Of a stretch of DNA of 37,410 nucleotides, positions 1-8,223 are shown one piece after another. The DNA is from Candidatus Hodarchaeota archaeon. Its GTDB lineage: Archaea > Asgardarchaeota > Heimdallarchaeia > Hodarchaeales > Hodarchaeaceae. The notes below the pieces were generated by a model. The model was not told where the DNA came from. It saw nothing but the letters and a program-made list of their open reading frames with translations, and did not search any database. The translations under genes and the position numbers were made by a program. The stretch covers positions 1 through 37,410 of the forward strand of contig JAEOTQ010000230.1 of NCBI GenBank assembly GCA_016839785.1. The letters run 5' to 3'. Positions within the stretch are counted from its first letter, which is position 1; every line of letters starts with the position of its first letter.

Positions 1-2
1 AC

Positions 3-131
3 ACGCCAGAAGCTCTGGATATCATAGTTGAAATTGCTGCTTCAGTTAATCCACCAATTAGAGATGAGATTAGGAAAGAGGTCGGACAATGGAAAGAATT
101 GTCTCTAGATTTCTTTAAACAAGGATGTTAA
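3..131 (+). CDS. 3' end of a gene truncated by the window edge; resembles the C-terminus of the DENN-like protein at 13358..14449
   Basis: Frame 3 is open from the edge (TPEALDIIVEIAASVNPPIRDEIRKEVGQWKELSLDFFKQGC*). TAA at 129-131 lies 4 bp before the next ATG. Confidence 0.65.
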   Translation, partial: TPEALDIIVEIAASVNPPIRDEIRKEVGQWKELSLDFFKQGC

Positions 132-135
132 ATTA

Positions 136-1305
136 ATGATTACTCAAAACGCAGTTACAGATGTAAACATGGTCTACGTACTTGCATTTATAATTCAAGG
201 TTTATATTTTGTCGGTTTTGTGAACTTAATGAACACTTACAGACAAACTCGAAGGATTAGCACTCTCGTAATGGCTGCTTTCTTCGTAAGTATGGCAGTA
301 GGAGGAGTTGGTTCTGCTATTATTCTCATAGCGGCCCCAGAGTTAGAAATTGTTGTACAAATAACTCAAGTCCTTGCATTCATGTTCTTAATGATTGTTG
401 CACTTGAAGTGGTAGGATATCTCAAATTATGGCCAATTCCAGTTGCTATTGCTGTAGTAAACATGTTTCTGATCTTCATTATTGCAGAGTCGGATCCATT
501 ATTCAAAGTTGTCCGTTTCGGTGGTACATTTATTTTTACAATCCCAGTTATCTTGCTTTTTTTATGGTCATTCTGGAAAACAAAATCGGGAAAAGCTTTA
601 GGATTTTCTTTAGGATTAATTCTCTTGAGTATCGGTGGTGCGGTCAGTAGGGTTCCAGATGTCGGATTTAATCTATTTGGAATCTTCAATCTATTATCTA
701 TGTTCATGATCCATGCAGGACTCTTCGGAATGATTGATGATTTTCTTTCCTCTCAACCTAAAGACATTGACGCCTCGAAGATATCAATATTTTATGGAGA
801 GGTGTTTGCGTTCCCTTTTATCTACTTGGTTGGAGCTGTCGTGCATTTCTTATATGAATGGACAAAATTCCTGCCAATAACAATTATTTCTCCCGTAAAC
901 GAAAGTGTTTGGGAACACTCTAAGTTAGGTATAATTACGGCCATTCTGTTCCTTGGTCTGCAATTTTTCTTTTTTAAAACTCAAAAAAAGTCGAAAAACC
1001 TCTTAATGGCAACAGTTAGCTACCTATATGTCTATCCAATAGTAATGGTTACTTGTTTTTATCTCTGGTTGAATTTAACTGAAGGTTTTGATCTTGTTTC
1101 AAATTTAACAATTTTTGCAATAGCTATTATTATCGGGTTGATTGTTAAATATTTCGTATTAATTGGTCATTCCTATAACGCCGAAACTATTGCCGTAATC
1201 GGTATAATATTTATCCTTGTCTTAATCGGGGTATTAACTTTTTTCCCATTTGATTGGCCAATGTTCCAAGATCCTATATCGGGGAATATTGGAATACCAA
1301 ACTGA
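136..1305 (+). CDS. Polytopic membrane protein: N-terminal Asgard-type 7TM domain fused to a C-terminal DUF6512-like domain
   Basis: Seven hydrophobic helices in aa ~10-200, then a polar linker. HFLYEWT...SPVNESVWEHSKL matches the DUF6512 motif, and further TM helices follow. Confidence 0.7.
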   Translation: MITQNAVTDVNMVYVLAFIIQGLYFVGFVNLMNTYRQTRRISTLVMAAFFVSMAVGGVGSAIILIAAPELEIVVQITQVLAFMFLMIVALEVVGYLKLWPIPVAIAVVNMFLIFIIAESDPLFKVVRFGGTFIFTIPVILLFLWSFWKTKSGKALGFSLGLILLSIGGAVSRVPDVGFNLFGIFNLLSMFMIHAGLFGMIDDFLSSQPKDIDASKISIFYGEVFAFPFIYLVGAVVHFLYEWTKFLPITIISPVNESVWEHSKLGIITAILFLGLQFFFFKTQKKSKNLLMATVSYLYVYPIVMVTCFYLWLNLTEGFDLVSNLTIFAIAIIIGLIVKYFVLIGHSYNAETIAVIGIIFILVLIGVLTFFPFDWPMFQDPISGNIGIPN

Positions 1306-1319
1306 TTAATAGAAATCGC

Positions 1320-1397
1320 TTGATTTTTATCTTTTTTAGTAATCAGCCCTACTTTTTCCTCTTTTTTCTTCACTTTCTAATTCGCTTTCTTTTCCTC
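1320..1397 (+). terminator. Probable archaeal oligo-T terminator region
   Basis: Long pyrimidine/T-run tract just after the 1305 stop codon. Confidence 0.45.
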
Positions 1398-1417
1398 GAA
1401 AAAAAACATACTATTAT

Positions 1418-1502
1418 CAAAAGATATAAATAATATCATTCTCAAAATCAATAATAAATTAGAATTCCAATTTGCGAAGAGTTAATATTTGGAAAGATAT
1501 TA
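1418..1502 (+). promoter_or_regulatory. Putative BRE/TATA promoter and candidate operator of the wHTH-wHTH-vWA operon
   Basis: caaaagATATAAAT at 1418-1431. Imperfect inverted repeat taatatcattctcaaaat (1431-1448) / atttggaaagatatta (1487-1502). Confidence 0.35.
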
Positions 1503-1545
1503 CTAAAACCTGTGAATTTGTGAAAAAATTAAAGGAAGCACCTAT

Positions 1546-1917
1546 TTGTTAATAACCGATAAAATTGATATTTTAGTACACATTTTTAATAATCCACATA
1601 CATCATCTAATCAGCTCAATTTTTTTCTAATGACGAAATATAAATCGAAGAAAACAACGTCATCTATTTACAGATATGTGCGTGAGCTAGTTTCTGATGG
1701 TTATTTGACGAAAACTGGGTCTAGGTTTAAAAAATTAGCACTTTCAAGGAAAGGAAGATTACTATTGGATTCGCTTGCAAGAACACCGATTAAAGATAGG
1801 AAGAAGAACCAAATAATAAATGTAATTATAATAACACCACCGACTTGCTATTTAAATTGTAATTCACAGTTTAATCTTCATTTAAAATGCAGATATAAAG
1901 GAGGATCTTTCTATTGA
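1546..1917 (+). CDS. Winged helix-turn-helix protein (putative transcription regulator)
   Basis: SSIYRYVRELVSDGYL...LALSRKGR matches a wHTH recognition helix and wing. TTG start. The stop overlaps the next start. Confidence 0.7.
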   Translation: MLITDKIDILVHIFNNPHTSSNQLNFFLMTKYKSKKTTSSIYRYVRELVSDGYLTKTGSRFKKLALSRKGRLLLDSLARTPIKDRKKNQIINVIIITPPTCYLNCNSQFNLHLKCRYKGGSFY

Positions 1918-2447
1918 TTGATCTTCTTGCAGCTAGAGGATCTGTAGAAATCCTCATCTTTTTGAATACTCATAATGAATCTATCCCGATCATGGAGATA
2001 AATAAATATTTTCAGTCAGAGAAGAGAGAATTAAGGTTAACATCAGCTACCGTTTACAGAAGAGTAAAAGAGCTTCAACTGGCAGGTTTTATTGAAAAGA
2101 ACAAAGCCAATGAAGTTTCGTTATCGAAATTTGGCAGAGAAAAACTAATTGATATTCAAGGAAAAGAAATTCGTCTGAAGAGGTCTCGACGTGAGATTCT
2201 CAATGTTATTCAAGAAGAAGAGGGTATTAGCGTAAATGAACTTCAACAACGTGGTTTTTCACCCACTACAATTAAGCAATCAATAGATGATCTTGAACAA
2301 CTAGACTTGATAAAGCAGTACGTGGAGAAAGCAATGAGCCTCGGATCTAAAAGAGTTGGACGTCCAAAGAAACGTCACCAACTAACCAAAAAAGGGCTGA
2401 AAGCATTAAAAAAGCAAGAAGAATTAGAAGAAGAGTTAAAAAAATAA
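1914..2447 (+). CDS. Tandem double winged-helix DNA-binding protein
   Basis: Two wHTH units: SATVYRRVKELQLAGFI...LSKFG and PTTIKQSIDDLEQLDLI...GRPKKRHQLTKKG. GGAGG SD at 1900-1904. Confidence 0.8.
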   Translation: MIDLLAARGSVEILIFLNTHNESIPIMEINKYFQSEKRELRLTSATVYRRVKELQLAGFIEKNKANEVSLSKFGREKLIDIQGKEIRLKRSRREILNVIQEEEGISVNELQQRGFSPTTIKQSIDDLEQLDLIKQYVEKAMSLGSKRVGRPKKRHQLTKKGLKALKKQEELEEELKK

Positions 2448-2461
2448 AAGGAGTAATAGAA

Positions 2462-3748
2462 ATGAAAAAAGAAATTGAATTAATGAAACATGTCAAAATT
2501 GGAGTATCTCCCTCAAGTGAATATGCCCTAGAGAGTGGAGAAACTCATCTCTATGCTCAGCTTGAACTGGAAGCGTTAGAGGAAATTATTGAAACAGAGG
2601 AGAGAGTCCAACTAAATTTGAGTGTGGTTCTAGATCGATCTGGTTCAATGGGGGGATCAAAGATTGACAAAGCAAAGAAAGCAGTTGAATTCATTGTAGA
2701 GAATCTGTCGAAATCAGATATATTCTCCCTTGTGATATATGATGATATCATCGAAACAATCGTACCAGCAGGTAAACTCACAGAAAAGGCATCTATTCTT
2801 GCAAAAGTTAAAAGTGTAACCGCAAGAAACATGACGAATCTTCATGATGGAATGATGGAAGGAGTGAAGCAGGTTGAATTAAATACGAATTTAGAGTATA
2901 GGAATGTTGTTTTACTATTATCAGATGGATTAGCTAATGTTGGTATTACATCTAAACGTCAAATAGCCCTATCTGCAAAAAATACTCATGACACCGATGG
3001 GATAACTATTAGCACATTTGGAATTGGTGATGATTTTGATGAAGATATGCTTGTTAGTATTGCTGATTCCGCTTCTGGAGAGTTTTACTACATTGAATCG
3101 GCTGATGACATCCCGAAATTTATAGAAAAGGAGTTTAAGGGCTTGTTAGCAACAGTTGCTTCAAATATTAAAGTTAAAGTAGAACCTGCAGAAGGCGTTC
3201 GTATACAACGAATACTAGGTGTTTCACTCGAAGATCAAAATATACAACCTTTGAAACTTGGAGATTTGAGGTCAGGAAACAATCGATTGATCATCCTGGA
3301 TCTTATGCTATCATCAGGGAAACCAAATTCTCAAAGGGAGATTGTTAATTTTAAAGTCGAATGGATCCCCGTGCAATTTGGGGTGGAAAAGATTGTTCAA
3401 CAATATCCATGTGCTGTAACATTTACTAATGATGAAGAATTGCTCGCAACAGAAAATCAAAAAGTTTTGGATAACGTCGTGATACTTGAAACTGCTCTGA
3501 TTAGAGAAGAAGCTATCCATTTAGCTGATCGGGGACAATTTTCAGAAGCTCAGAAGCTAGTTTCAGAACAACAGTCGAAATTGAGGTATCGTGCGGATTT
3601 AGTTGGAGCATCTCCTAAATTAGAATCAGTATTTGAAGAAAATAAGGAATTACTCTCGAAGACACTGGCTAAAAGTTTATACACAAAAGGTTCTCGAAAA
3701 ATGGCCTCAAGTATGATGTATTCATTACGCAAACAAAGGAAGGAATGA
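2462..3748 (+). CDS. von Willebrand factor A domain protein (YfbK/Sll0103-like) with beta-sandwich and helical C-terminus
   Basis: MIDAS motif VLDRSGSM, plus TNLHDG, LLLSDGLAN and TFGIGDDFDED. AAGGAG SD upstream. Confidence 0.9.
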   Translation: MKKEIELMKHVKIGVSPSSEYALESGETHLYAQLELEALEEIIETEERVQLNLSVVLDRSGSMGGSKIDKAKKAVEFIVENLSKSDIFSLVIYDDIIETIVPAGKLTEKASILAKVKSVTARNMTNLHDGMMEGVKQVELNTNLEYRNVVLLLSDGLANVGITSKRQIALSAKNTHDTDGITISTFGIGDDFDEDMLVSIADSASGEFYYIESADDIPKFIEKEFKGLLATVASNIKVKVEPAEGVRIQRILGVSLEDQNIQPLKLGDLRSGNNRLIILDLMLSSGKPNSQREIVNFKVEWIPVQFGVEKIVQQYPCAVTFTNDEELLATENQKVLDNVVILETALIREEAIHLADRGQFSEAQKLVSEQQSKLRYRADLVGASPKLESVFEENKELLSKTLAKSLYTKGSRKMASSMMYSLRKQRKE

Positions 3749-3796
3749 CATTCAATCGTTTTTCTTCCTCTTTTTTCCCTTTTAATAGGTAAATAG

Positions 3797-4219
3797 CTAT
3801 CTATCTTCGGAAGTTTCAAGTGTTTTAAGTGAATTCAAAACATTTTGATTCTGCTTCTCTAAATGGTCCAATTTGGAGAAAACTTCCTTCCAGATAGGAG
3901 AAATATTCCTAGTTAGCTGTTGTTCTGCCTTATACGTTCCTTTCTTGAAATCTAGCCAACCTACTACTACTGCTATTGGAAAATAAATTATTCCAAAGAT
4001 TATGAAGAATACTGAGAAAGATTTTAGATACTCAGGTATAAAGAACAAGTTTACAAATAGTAGATTATAGAAAATTAATGTAAAATTTATCAATGAAAAC
4101 ATTAACGCAAACCAGTTACCATGGCCTCGTAAGAAATATTGTCTTACTCGTGCACCATCATCAATGAATTTTCGAAGGGATTGTTTTGTTCCGAGATAGT
4201 TCCTTGGATTTTTTGACAT
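3797..4219 (-). CDS. Hypothetical two-TM membrane protein with C-terminal coiled coil
   Basis: ORF with two hydrophobic helices and a heptad-like tail. ATG at 4219 is preferred over the upstream start at 4243. Confidence 0.7.
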   Translation of the reverse strand: MSKNPRNYLGTKQSLRKFIDDGARVRQYFLRGHGNWFALMFSLINFTLIFYNLLFVNLFFIPEYLKSFSVFFIIFGIIYFPIAVVVGWLDFKKGTYKAEQQLTRNISPIWKEVFSKLDHLEKQNQNVLNSLKTLETSEDR

Positions 4220-4445
4220 ATTATTCACCAAATTTACATACAAATCCCTTATTGATTAACAATTACTATTTTTGAAAATCAATAAAATATACACGATTTT
4301 TCCATTTTTATGTAAATTTGGAATTAATTATCTTCATATCAGCGTAAATGCGCCTTTTGAGCGATCTATTATAGAAGACTTTATTAAGAGGGAAATCCCA
4401 ATATTACCCAGAGAAATGGGAATTCTAGTAAGAAAAGTAAAATTG

Positions 4446-4535
4446 ATGATGAATCTCATAGATATCATCTTCACTTATGGAGTAGGGTTCATCTTCATCT
4501 TTGGAATCATTTTTCTGCTTTACCTTCTCTCGTAA
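4446..4535 (+). CDS. Possible 29-aa single-TM microprotein
   Basis: MMNLIDIIFTYGVGFIFIFGIIFLLYLLS in an otherwise empty intergenic gap. It is the 3' part of the 4272..4535 ORF. Confidence 0.35.
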   Translation: MMNLIDIIFTYGVGFIFIFGIIFLLYLLS

Positions 4536-4595
4536 GTCTAGAGAAGGCAAAGAAAATAAATTTTTCGTACCCTTATGGTCTCTTTTATATCTTTA

Positions 4596-6695
4596 TTATG
4601 CATGATGAGTCATTGTCAGTTTTATCTGAAGAGTTGCCCTTTCTTCAGTGATTTCAAAGAATGGGAAGATTGATGTACCTTGATATTGCTCTTCGTATCC
4701 ATTTTCACTTTTTGCGTACGAAAATATGGGAAAAACAATGCAATGGATAGGATCTGAAAATATTACCTTCAATTCTACTTGTTCAAGTTCATTTAGATCC
4801 TGGATAGTAATTAATTCACTCTTTTCCTCTGAAACTAGCTCCTTAAGATTAAACTTCTTATGATTTATGTACCCATGTGTTTTATAGGGGTAGGAGGCTC
4901 CAAGGAAATTCAATTCTGGAGAAAAATACAAATTAGTATCGAAATTACGATCTGGAAATATAATCTCATAATTCACAATTATGGATGAATCCTGAATCTT
5001 GAAATTTTTCTCTATTGAAACAGGTGTAATTCTTCTAGTTGAATCTTTGACAACCGCAGACCTACTTAGAACAATTCCTCCTTCAAGGTCTTGTTCAATA
5101 TTGTACTTTTGATTTGCAAAATCTCCTATATCTACGTATTGATTTGTTTGATATGTTTCAACATCCTTTATCGTGTGGAAGAAGTGATCTTGAAATGTCC
5201 ATTTTTCAATACTGTCTTCAACAGCTGGTACATCTCCTGTGTGATAGGCCTCAATAATTCGTCTTAAAACATTAAGATAATCATATCCACGTTTCTTAAA
5301 ATTAAGAGAGAATATTGACCCTCCTTTAAGTGACGAAATAAAACAAGAAATTTTGTTATTCTCTAAAACGCCATCCATTTGCCCGTCTAACAGAACATCT
5401 TGAATTAAAACGTTAGGTAGGTCGATTTTAGCATTCTTACATACCCGATCAATCAAAAACTCCGCTTTAATTATATGTTTTAGACAGGTGTGACGAAGAA
5501 ATCTGTAGTAGACCCCTCCAAACATTCCTGACCAATACGCATCATTTGATTGACTAGCAAGAATATGATCCAGTATTTCCTCTCTGTCAGCTAAGGGAAT
5601 AGTTGATTCAATTCTTCTTAATTTATTTCTACAATATAACATTCTCTTATGCATGACATTAGCTTGCGAGTATTTTACCATAAAATTCTGCCACAAGGAT
5701 CCTTTAGAAAAAGTTAACACATCTTCAGCATATGATACCTCACCCTCTTCTGCTTTCTTACGTAAATGTTCCAACCGTTTACGTAAAGTTGTAGGTAGGG
5801 CCCAAATCGCCATCTTATCGTAAGAACTTGTGGGTAAGTAAATGAGCCCTCGTGGATCATGCTTTTTCAAATATGTACTTATCAATACAGGTTTAATCCA
5901 ATCTTGATGGAGTAGCGACTCAAAAAAACTGTCCATCCATCCTTTTTTTCCATCATAACCACTGATATAGCAAATATCATGAGTCGTCCGATCTCCAGCT
6001 GGCCAAACACCCATTTTTTCAGCATCTGAAATCATGACAACAATCTTTTCATGGTAAGGGTCACGGGCCTTACTGAGATAGTGGATCATTTCTGAAGGGG
6101 GCTTCCAAGGTACTAAATAGCGAATAGATTCATTAATGGGAAAAATTGTTGTAGATCTTCCTTGGTACTCAGTTTTATATGCATAAAAAGTCTCTTTTTC
6201 CGAAAACCCCGCCATATGAAGTAAATAATCATCGATAAAGACAAATTCTATATTTAACTTATCGAGTGTTCTTGGTAGGTCAGGAACCCACACTCTTTCT
6301 GCAAGCCATAATCCTCTCGGAGTTATTTCGTAATGCTCCTTCCACCATTCAATCGTTTTTTCAATTTGTCTGAGACGATCTGCTTCAGGGATTACTGCAA
6401 GAACTGGTTCATAAAACCCTCCGCCAACGATCTCCAGTTGATTCTTAGAGGAAAGAGAGGAAATGTGATCGAGGTAGTCAGAATGATGCTCTTTCAGCCA
6501 ATTCAACAAAGGACCCGTAATATGAAGATTTATTCTAATCCTTGGATATTTTTGAATGGTTTTGAGAAGGGGCAGATAGGATTTTTGATAAGCATCCTCA
6601 AAAACCCAGGGAAAATTTCCTACAGGTTGATGCATATGAAAGACAATCGGAAAATATACTGTACCTTGGTTTTGCAGAGTTGTCAAGCTCTTCAC
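4596..6695 (-). CDS. GH57 alpha-amylase / 4-alpha-glucanotransferase with DUF1925/DUF1926-type C-terminal domains
   Basis: HMHQPVGN, GGGFYEPVL, WLAERVW (nucleophile Glu), SDAEKMGVWP (acid/base Asp), QSNDAYWSGMFGGVY and SENGYEEQYQG. Confidence 0.93.
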   Translation of the reverse strand: MKSLTTLQNQGTVYFPIVFHMHQPVGNFPWVFEDAYQKSYLPLLKTIQKYPRIRINLHITGPLLNWLKEHHSDYLDHISSLSSKNQLEIVGGGFYEPVLAVIPEADRLRQIEKTIEWWKEHYEITPRGLWLAERVWVPDLPRTLDKLNIEFVFIDDYLLHMAGFSEKETFYAYKTEYQGRSTTIFPINESIRYLVPWKPPSEMIHYLSKARDPYHEKIVVMISDAEKMGVWPAGDRTTHDICYISGYDGKKGWMDSFFESLLHQDWIKPVLISTYLKKHDPRGLIYLPTSSYDKMAIWALPTTLRKRLEHLRKKAEEGEVSYAEDVLTFSKGSLWQNFMVKYSQANVMHKRMLYCRNKLRRIESTIPLADREEILDHILASQSNDAYWSGMFGGVYYRFLRHTCLKHIIKAEFLIDRVCKNAKIDLPNVLIQDVLLDGQMDGVLENNKISCFISSLKGGSIFSLNFKKRGYDYLNVLRRIIEAYHTGDVPAVEDSIEKWTFQDHFFHTIKDVETYQTNQYVDIGDFANQKYNIEQDLEGGIVLSRSAVVKDSTRRITPVSIEKNFKIQDSSIIVNYEIIFPDRNFDTNLYFSPELNFLGASYPYKTHGYINHKKFNLKELVSEEKSELITIQDLNELEQVELKVIFSDPIHCIVFPIFSYAKSENGYEEQYQGTSIFPFFEITEERATLQIKLTMTHHA

Positions 6696-6712
6696 AAGAG
6701 GAATTAGATTGT

Positions 6713-7501
6713 TTAGATTATAAATTGTTTGATTTCAGTAATTTTTGATTCTACTTCAGTTATTGCTTCAGAGGGGGCTATTTTTGGATTAGAATCAATA
6801 AGTAGGAGTAAACCTTCACCTAAAATATAAACAAAGATATTTGAGACTCCACTCACTGCAAGAAAAAATACTGGTTGTTCTAAATGAGCAGCAAATGCCC
6901 CACGAATTACTCGTACTGCAGCAGGAAGGATTTTTGAATCCATCTGATTTACAATTACCGCTCCTGTGAAAGAGGAAATACACGCACCTTGAATGGCTTC
7001 TTCATTTTTTATCCAATTCACGAGAATTTGATCAACAGATTGTTTCATGGATTCACCCATATATCTACTTTCTCCAGTCATAACTGTCAATATCGCTTCA
7101 TCAAATTCTTTCTTCTCTTTCGAGGTAATTCTGATGGATTTTCTCCCAAATTTATAAGAGAAACTTCCTAGGAACAAAGTCATCAAGGTTCTTAATTTGA
7201 ATTCTATGTCCAGTAATGAAGCAGAAGCTGAAGAAATTAATGAAAACAGACCTTCACCCCGCATTATGCCTGCAATACGCATAGATGCAAAATCCACGTA
7301 AAAAATCTGTCCTGGATCAATCTGCTCTTCTTTAAGTCCTTGAGAAAGGTCAAATGCTGATTGAAGGAGAGAAAAAATCTGTTTAGGTGAAAATTCGTCA
7401 GCAACTTTGGTTGGACGAAAATCCTTAGTAATTAGTGGACGTCCTTTGTCAGTAAAAACAAAAAAACCTAGGAAAATCTCAAGTTCATCAAACGAAACCA
7501 T
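6713..7501 (-). CDS. Longin-domain + roadblock/LC7-domain fusion protein (putative small-GTPase regulator)
   Basis: The N-half has a longin pattern (GFFVFTDKGRPLITKDF...IFSLLQSAFD...FSLIS...IEFKLRTLMTLF). The C-half has a roadblock pattern (VDQILVNW...IQGACISSFTGAVIV...IFVYILGEGLLLLI). It lies 5 bp downstream of the GTPase gene. Confidence 0.7.
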   Translation of the reverse strand: MVSFDELEIFLGFFVFTDKGRPLITKDFRPTKVADEFSPKQIFSLLQSAFDLSQGLKEEQIDPGQIFYVDFASMRIAGIMRGEGLFSLISSASASLLDIEFKLRTLMTLFLGSFSYKFGRKSIRITSKEKKEFDEAILTVMTGESRYMGESMKQSVDQILVNWIKNEEAIQGACISSFTGAVIVNQMDSKILPAAVRVIRGAFAAHLEQPVFFLAVSGVSNIFVYILGEGLLLLIDSNPKIAPSEAITEVESKITEIKQFII

Positions 7502-7506
7502 AACCT

Positions 7507-8046
7507 TTACTCTCCTAAGATCAGCGTACCCATTTGAATGAAAGCATCTTCTACTTTGGATCCTGTTTTAGCAGACGTAGTAATAAATTCCTCTGCTTCG
7601 AGTTTCTCCATTATTTCTTCCTTAGAACCAGGAACTTTTCCTTCAGCAAGATCCTCCTTATTACCAATAACTATGATTTTGGCGTTTGGACTCTGCTCTC
7701 GCACATCATTTCGCCATCGTTCAAGTTTAGTAAATGTTTCTTCAGGTCTAGTCAGGTCAAAAACGAGAAAAACGCCATGAGCCTTTTTTAGATATAAATG
7801 GCGAAAGTTGGTGAAACCACTCTGTCCTGCTACATCCCAGATCTGATAGATTAGCTCTTGTTTCCCTTCATCCATTTCTAATATTACAGTTTTGGACAAG
7901 AAGTCCACTCCGAGGGTAATTTGGTAACCTTCCTCAAAGAAGTTATCCACATAGCGTTTAATCAGGCTAGTCTTTCCTACTTCTGGTTCTCCTACTAGTA
8001 GTAACTTAAAAGCGAATTTACCCGTTTTTCCTTTCTTCTTCGGCAT
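7507..8046 (-). CDS. Rab-like small GTPase (Ras superfamily)
   Basis: G1 GEPEVGKT, G2/RabF1 TLGVDF, G3 WDVAGQ, RabF5-like LVFDLT, G4 NKED, G5 SAKT. No C-terminal Cys. Confidence 0.95.
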   Translation of the reverse strand: MPKKKGKTGKFAFKLLLVGEPEVGKTSLIKRYVDNFFEEGYQITLGVDFLSKTVILEMDEGKQELIYQIWDVAGQSGFTNFRHLYLKKAHGVFLVFDLTRPEETFTKLERWRNDVREQSPNAKIIVIGNKEDLAEGKVPGSKEEIMEKLEAEEFITTSAKTGSKVEDAFIQMGTLILGE

Positions 8047-8223
8047 GATACTGACTCCTCGTAATGGTTGGGTTACAGACTTGTGTTCTTTTTAATGATC
8101 TTTTCTGAAAAGTATTTTCTTAAAAGGATTCGCCAATTTCAACGATTTATAACGAATTAGGTTAATATTATATTAATACATAATTATATGGACTCAGCAA
8201 TAATTTAAGATTCGTGAAGTCCT

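Noticed and set aside
1546-2447. Tandem winged-helix proteins as ESCRT-II (Vps22/25/36) homologs
   Set aside because: They have DNA-binding regulator hallmarks (SATVYRR helix, GRP...LTKKG wing), and no ESCRT genes are adjacent.
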